From positions 13,247,579-13,311,578 of the forward strand of contig NC_043026.1 in the NCBI RefSeq assembly GCF_006345805.1: a DNA stretch of 64,000 bases, in the 5' to 3' direction. The notes beneath the pieces are model-generated. The model saw only the letters and a program-made list of their open reading frames with translations. It searched no databases and had not been told where the DNA came from. Each line of letters begins with the position of its first letter. Position 1 is the stretch's first letter. The translations under genes were made by a program, and so were the position numbers. This document shows positions 60,017-64,000 of the stretch, piece after piece. The DNA is from Octopus sinensis. Lineage: Eukaryota.

Positions 60017-60290
60017 GTGAAGGTGCTTTCTCGATTATCCGGCAATTATTTAATATTGATGTTTGGTTGGAATCATTCAATTTTTCCCGTTATATCGTAC
60101 GATGGAGGGTTGGGTGATAATTCAATTAAATGTTGATGAAGACATACAATACGAACAGATATAGTGGTTTCGTTATTAAAGACGGAAATGTTTTATAAAG
60201 GAGAATATTCCTAGAAGATACATAAGACAAACGAATAAGAAAAATGGTTTGGAAATAGAATCGAGTCTTATTGCGCTTGCGCGGAGGTCA
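60017..60290 (-). promoter_or_regulatory. Putative promoter and non-coding exon 1 of family B copy 3
   Basis: Donor CTTCAC|GTAAGT (intron starts 60016); TGCGCTTGCGCG at 60272-60283; paralog of 53533-53800. Confidence 0.55.
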
Positions 60291-60526
60291 CACACACACA
60301 CACATATATAATATATAATATACACATACATATTCACAAACACATACAGATGTCTGTATGTATGTGTATAAACATACATACGCACAGATACACACACACA
60401 CACATGAATGAAATATCGGTGCCCCAAGGGAAATAACTCATAGAAGTCATTCGTATGTATTTGAACACGAAAGACGAGTAAGGGTATATTAAACATCATA
60501 CAAGATAAATTCTTAATGAATTCATA

Positions 60527-60892
60527 TCTTTATATATAAAAGAGAAGTTTTGTGTCTGTCCCCTTCGATTTAGATTCCTAACTACTCCCACATTTTGCGG
60601 TGCAGTTTAACCAAAACCGGGTATCTTATAGTCGTCATTCATATCGAGCCCTTCTGGGTATTAGTGCGCGTCTACGATGAGTCTACGATTTAAAAAAAAA
60701 TTTACCATCATTTTTTCCCATTTTAATGCATTTTTTTCGCTATTATATAAGGGAAGTAACTCTCTAAAAATGTCTACGATGAGTCAACGATTTAAAAAAA
60801 AATTTTTTATGCATTTTTTGTTATTTTTCTCTAAAAACGCTTATATAGTTATTTCCCTTACAAACCCGAGCAACGCCGGGCGATACTGCTAG
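60527..60892 (+). mobile_element. Non-autonomous Helitron, different body
   Basis: A|TC start; 3' ~45 bp identical to 33723-34097; ends CTAG|T. Confidence 0.8.
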
Positions 60893-61251
60893 TTATTTAT
60901 ATAGACGCAGACGTTGTTGTATAGTTAAGAAGCTTGCTGCTAAACCATGTGGTCTTTGGTTCGGTCCTATGGCGTAGCAAATTGGACAGGTGTCTTCTAA
61001 GGCCGTGGGCTGACCAAAGCCTTGCGAATAGATTTGACAGACAGAAGCTGAAATGCCTATTTTTCTATTTTCAATCGTATTGTTTCCATCGACGTTTTCG
61101 TATACGCATCGTTGTAACTTTCAAATGTAGCTTTAATTTCTCTAGAAACTCTGTAGAAATAATTTAAGAAAAAAAAAGGGAATTTGTTATGGGCGATTCT
61201 TTCTTGTCTCGTTGATTTATTAAGGCTTTAATTTACTTGTTAGTATATGTT

Positions 61252-61610
61252 GGAGGCGCAGTGGTTAGGGCAGCGGACTCGCGGTTTCGATTCCCAGACC
61301 GGGCGTTGTGAGTGTTTATTGAGCGAAAACACCTAAAAGCTCCACGAGGCTCCGGCGGGGGATGGTGGTGATCCCTGCTGTACTCTTTCACCACAACTTT
61401 CTCTCACTCTTACTTCCTGTTTCTGTTGTACCTGTATTTCAAAGGGCCAGCCTTGTCACACTCTGTGTCACGCTGAATATCCCCGAGAACTACCTTAAGG
61501 GTACAGGTGTCTGTGGAGTGCTCAGCCACTTACACGTTAATTTCACGAGCAGGCTGTTCCGTTGATCGGATCAACCGGAACCCTCATCGTCATAACCGAC
61601 GGAGTGCTTC
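61252..61610 (+). mobile_element. SINE family 1, near full length
   Basis: Collinear with 18182-18553. Confidence 0.85.
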
Positions 61611-62214
61611 AAATAAAAAATAATAGTTACATAAGAAAATACTGTGTTCTTACCAGCAATTTATATGTATGTACCGGTTGCTAGGAGTGTGCTTAATATT
61701 TAAAGTTGGTGTATCAAACTGTGTTCATCATCATTATCATCATTTAACGTCCGCTTTCCATGCTCGCATGGGTTGAAGGGTCTGACTGAAGACTGACAAG
61801 CCAGGAGGCTGCACCAGGCTCCAGTCTGATTTGGCAAGGTTTCTACAGCTGGATGCACTAACTAACACCAACCAGTCTGAGAGTGTAGTGGGTGTTTTTT
61901 ATATGAAGAGAGTAGGCTCAAAATGTAAAAGACTTTCTCACTTTCCCGAACATCAAATTAATACACTTGCTTGTTGTTCATACACCTGCCTTTGTCTGTA
62001 AATTTCAACTATAGATATATATACATACATACATACATACATAAATTGAAAAATCCACCAGAATGGACGAAAGTGCTAATATATGATATAAGTTATATGA
62101 TGTATAAAAACATGTAATATACAAATAAATATCTGTAAATATAAAACCATCCGATTTTCTGAGTACCTCATTTCTTCTAATATAAAATACCTGTACATCA
62201 TCTCCAAACTTTCT

Positions 62215-62808
62215 AATAATAATAATAATAATAATAATATATATATATACATTATATATATATATATATACATACACACACATATATATATATATATACA
62301 CATATATATGCCTGTACTTGATAATTCAGGGTGAATACATACACATATATACATACATATATATATATACATATATATGTATATATATATATACATATAT
62401 ATATGTATATATATACATACATATATATGTATATATATATATACATACATATATATATATGTATATATACATACATATATATATGTATATATACATATAT
62501 ATATATATACATGTATATGTATATATATACATACATACATATATATATACATGTATATCGCCATGTTGATTCGCTAGCCTCTGCACGCATTTTTTTTCTC
62601 TCCTTGTTTCTTTCTGTGTTTCTTTTCTGTGTATCTTTCTGTCGAAGAGTGTAGGCTCGAAACGTAAAAGACTTGTTTTATTTATATTCCTGAGCGCCAT
62701 ACTAATACAATTGTTTGTTTGTATTCCACCTGCCTTCGTCTTTTGTTTATTTTCATAAAGCTTCCCGTTATATATACATACATACATACATACATATATA
62801 TACATGTA

Positions 62809-62840
<32 letters not shown>

Positions 62841-62870
62841 CATACATATACATGTATATATATATATATA
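62215..62870. repeat. Compound (TAA)n/(TA)n/(TACA)n microsatellite field; other (TA)n tracts at 3030-3077 and 9063-9146, (GA)n at 52128-52152
   Basis: Direct inspection. Confidence 0.95.
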
Positions 62871-63465
62871 TCATCATCATCATCATCATTTAGCGTCCGT
62901 TTTCCATGCTAGCATGGGTTGGACGGTTCTACTGGGGTCTGTGAAGCCAGAAGGCTTCATCAGGCCCAGTCAAATCTGGCAGTGTTTCTACGGCTGGATG
63001 CCCTTCCTAACGCCAACCACTCCGTGAGTGTAGTGGGTGCTTTTTACGTGCCACCCGCACTGGTGCCAGACAGAGCTGGCAAACGGCCACGAACGGATGG
63101 TGCTTTTTATGTGCCACCGGCACGAGGGCCAGGCGAGGCTGGCAACGGACACGAAACGGGGCGGTGCTGGCAACGGTCGCGAAACGGAAAGTTCTCTTAC
63201 ATGCCACCGGCACTGGTAACACATCTGCAATTTCCATTGATCGATTTCGATTCTGATCCTCACTTGCCTCAATGGGTCTTCACAAGCAGAGTTTCGACAT
63301 GCCACCGGCACTGGTAGCACATCCGCAATTTCCATTGATCGATTTCGATTCTGATCCTCACTTGCCTCAACACGTCTTCACAAGTAGAGTTTTGTGTCCC
63401 AAGAAGGGAAGGTATGCATACGTAGGCTGGCTCCATCCCATGTAGAAGGCCACGGGTTGTGGACT
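62871..63465 (-). mobile_element. Longest family C copy
   Basis: (CAT)n, core, subunits, a duplicated ~90-bp block, and a 5' extension also seen at 22390-22530. Confidence 0.75.
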
Positions 63466-64000
63466 CACTTATATATATATACACATACATACATACACAA
63501 AGAAGATATTCTCATACATATAATCAGAATACAACAGAGTCTCTAACTGTTTATTTCCAACATAATAACTGTACAGTGATCTTATCCTTCATTGTATTCA
63601 CGATGTCAATGAAACCAATAACATCTCTTCTCTCTTCAGAAAGTATCCAACATCATATACACATAAATATGTTGAAAAAATGATTTTATTAGAAATATTA
63701 CAGAAGTAAGTTATCTCACCAACATAGATACAGTTATAGAAAATATATTGGGAGATTAATATCATACACTGTTATATCGTTTTTCCACAATCAATACTTC
63801 AGAATGTCTGTCTCTTAACATTGATCTTCCATAGTGGTACGCGCTGGACAATTTGACAGGATCTGACAAGTCTAATGACTGCTTTAAGTGTCAATGTCTT
63901 CAGCTGGATGCTCTGTCCATGACATCAGCACTAGTAAAGTTACTGTGCATCTGGCATGAATAAGGTTCCTTAGAAGCAAAGGTAGTTTTATGTTGGGAGA

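Larger units (their letters stand above)
48850..61100. repeat. Tandem duplication of the family B unit (~48850-55090 versus ~55090-61100)
   Basis: 3' flank, CDS, acceptor block, exon-1 block and promoter recur in the same order. Confidence 0.85.

Noticed and set aside
62636-62680. Possible third hammerhead (TCGAAGAG...CTCGAAACGTA; similar at about 61905)
   Set aside because: The core has two mismatches and stem I does not pair convincingly; it is probably a Penelope-like end but cannot be supported as a ribozyme
62005-63027. Many overlapping Y/I/M/C-rich ORFs
   Set aside because: They are translations of (TA)n/(TACA)n microsatellites
73-63335. ORFs from family C and SINE copies (for example MLAWVGRF..., MTTDADVF...)
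   Set aside because: They recur only because the non-coding repeat recurs; frames and stops differ between copies

Overview
AT-rich, repeat-dense animal DNA. The SINE set, microsatellites and ZNF N-termini suggest an octopus or other coleoid cephalopod; this is an inference, not verified. The window holds a tandem C2H2 zinc-finger cluster with 8 intact ORFs in two families. Family A has 5 paralogs starting MKMQ(D/N)INRLN with 13, 12, 12, 12 and 14 fingers; one paralog is inverted. Family B has 3 paralogs starting ME-x-x-LCE with 10-11 fingers, and probably has an upstream non-coding exon. None has a recognisable KRAB, SCAN, BTB or ZAD domain. The genes lie in nested segmental duplications filled with three tRNA-headed SINE families, a GAT-tailed retroelement, and relics of CR1, RTE, R4-like, Penelope-like, hAT, piggyBac-like, Merlin-like and Helitron elements. 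Main observations: (1) a ~5.0 kb inversion of a whole ZNF unit whose two breakpoints map to the same point beside a Merlin-like TIR; (2) finger shuffling and variable recognition helices behind an almost invariant N-terminal module; (3) an intact hammerhead ribozyme motif; (4) an apparently ORF1-only retroelement; (5) a 9-mer SINE array. Repeat boundaries are approximate unless a TSD or TIR is quoted. All alignments were done by eye.
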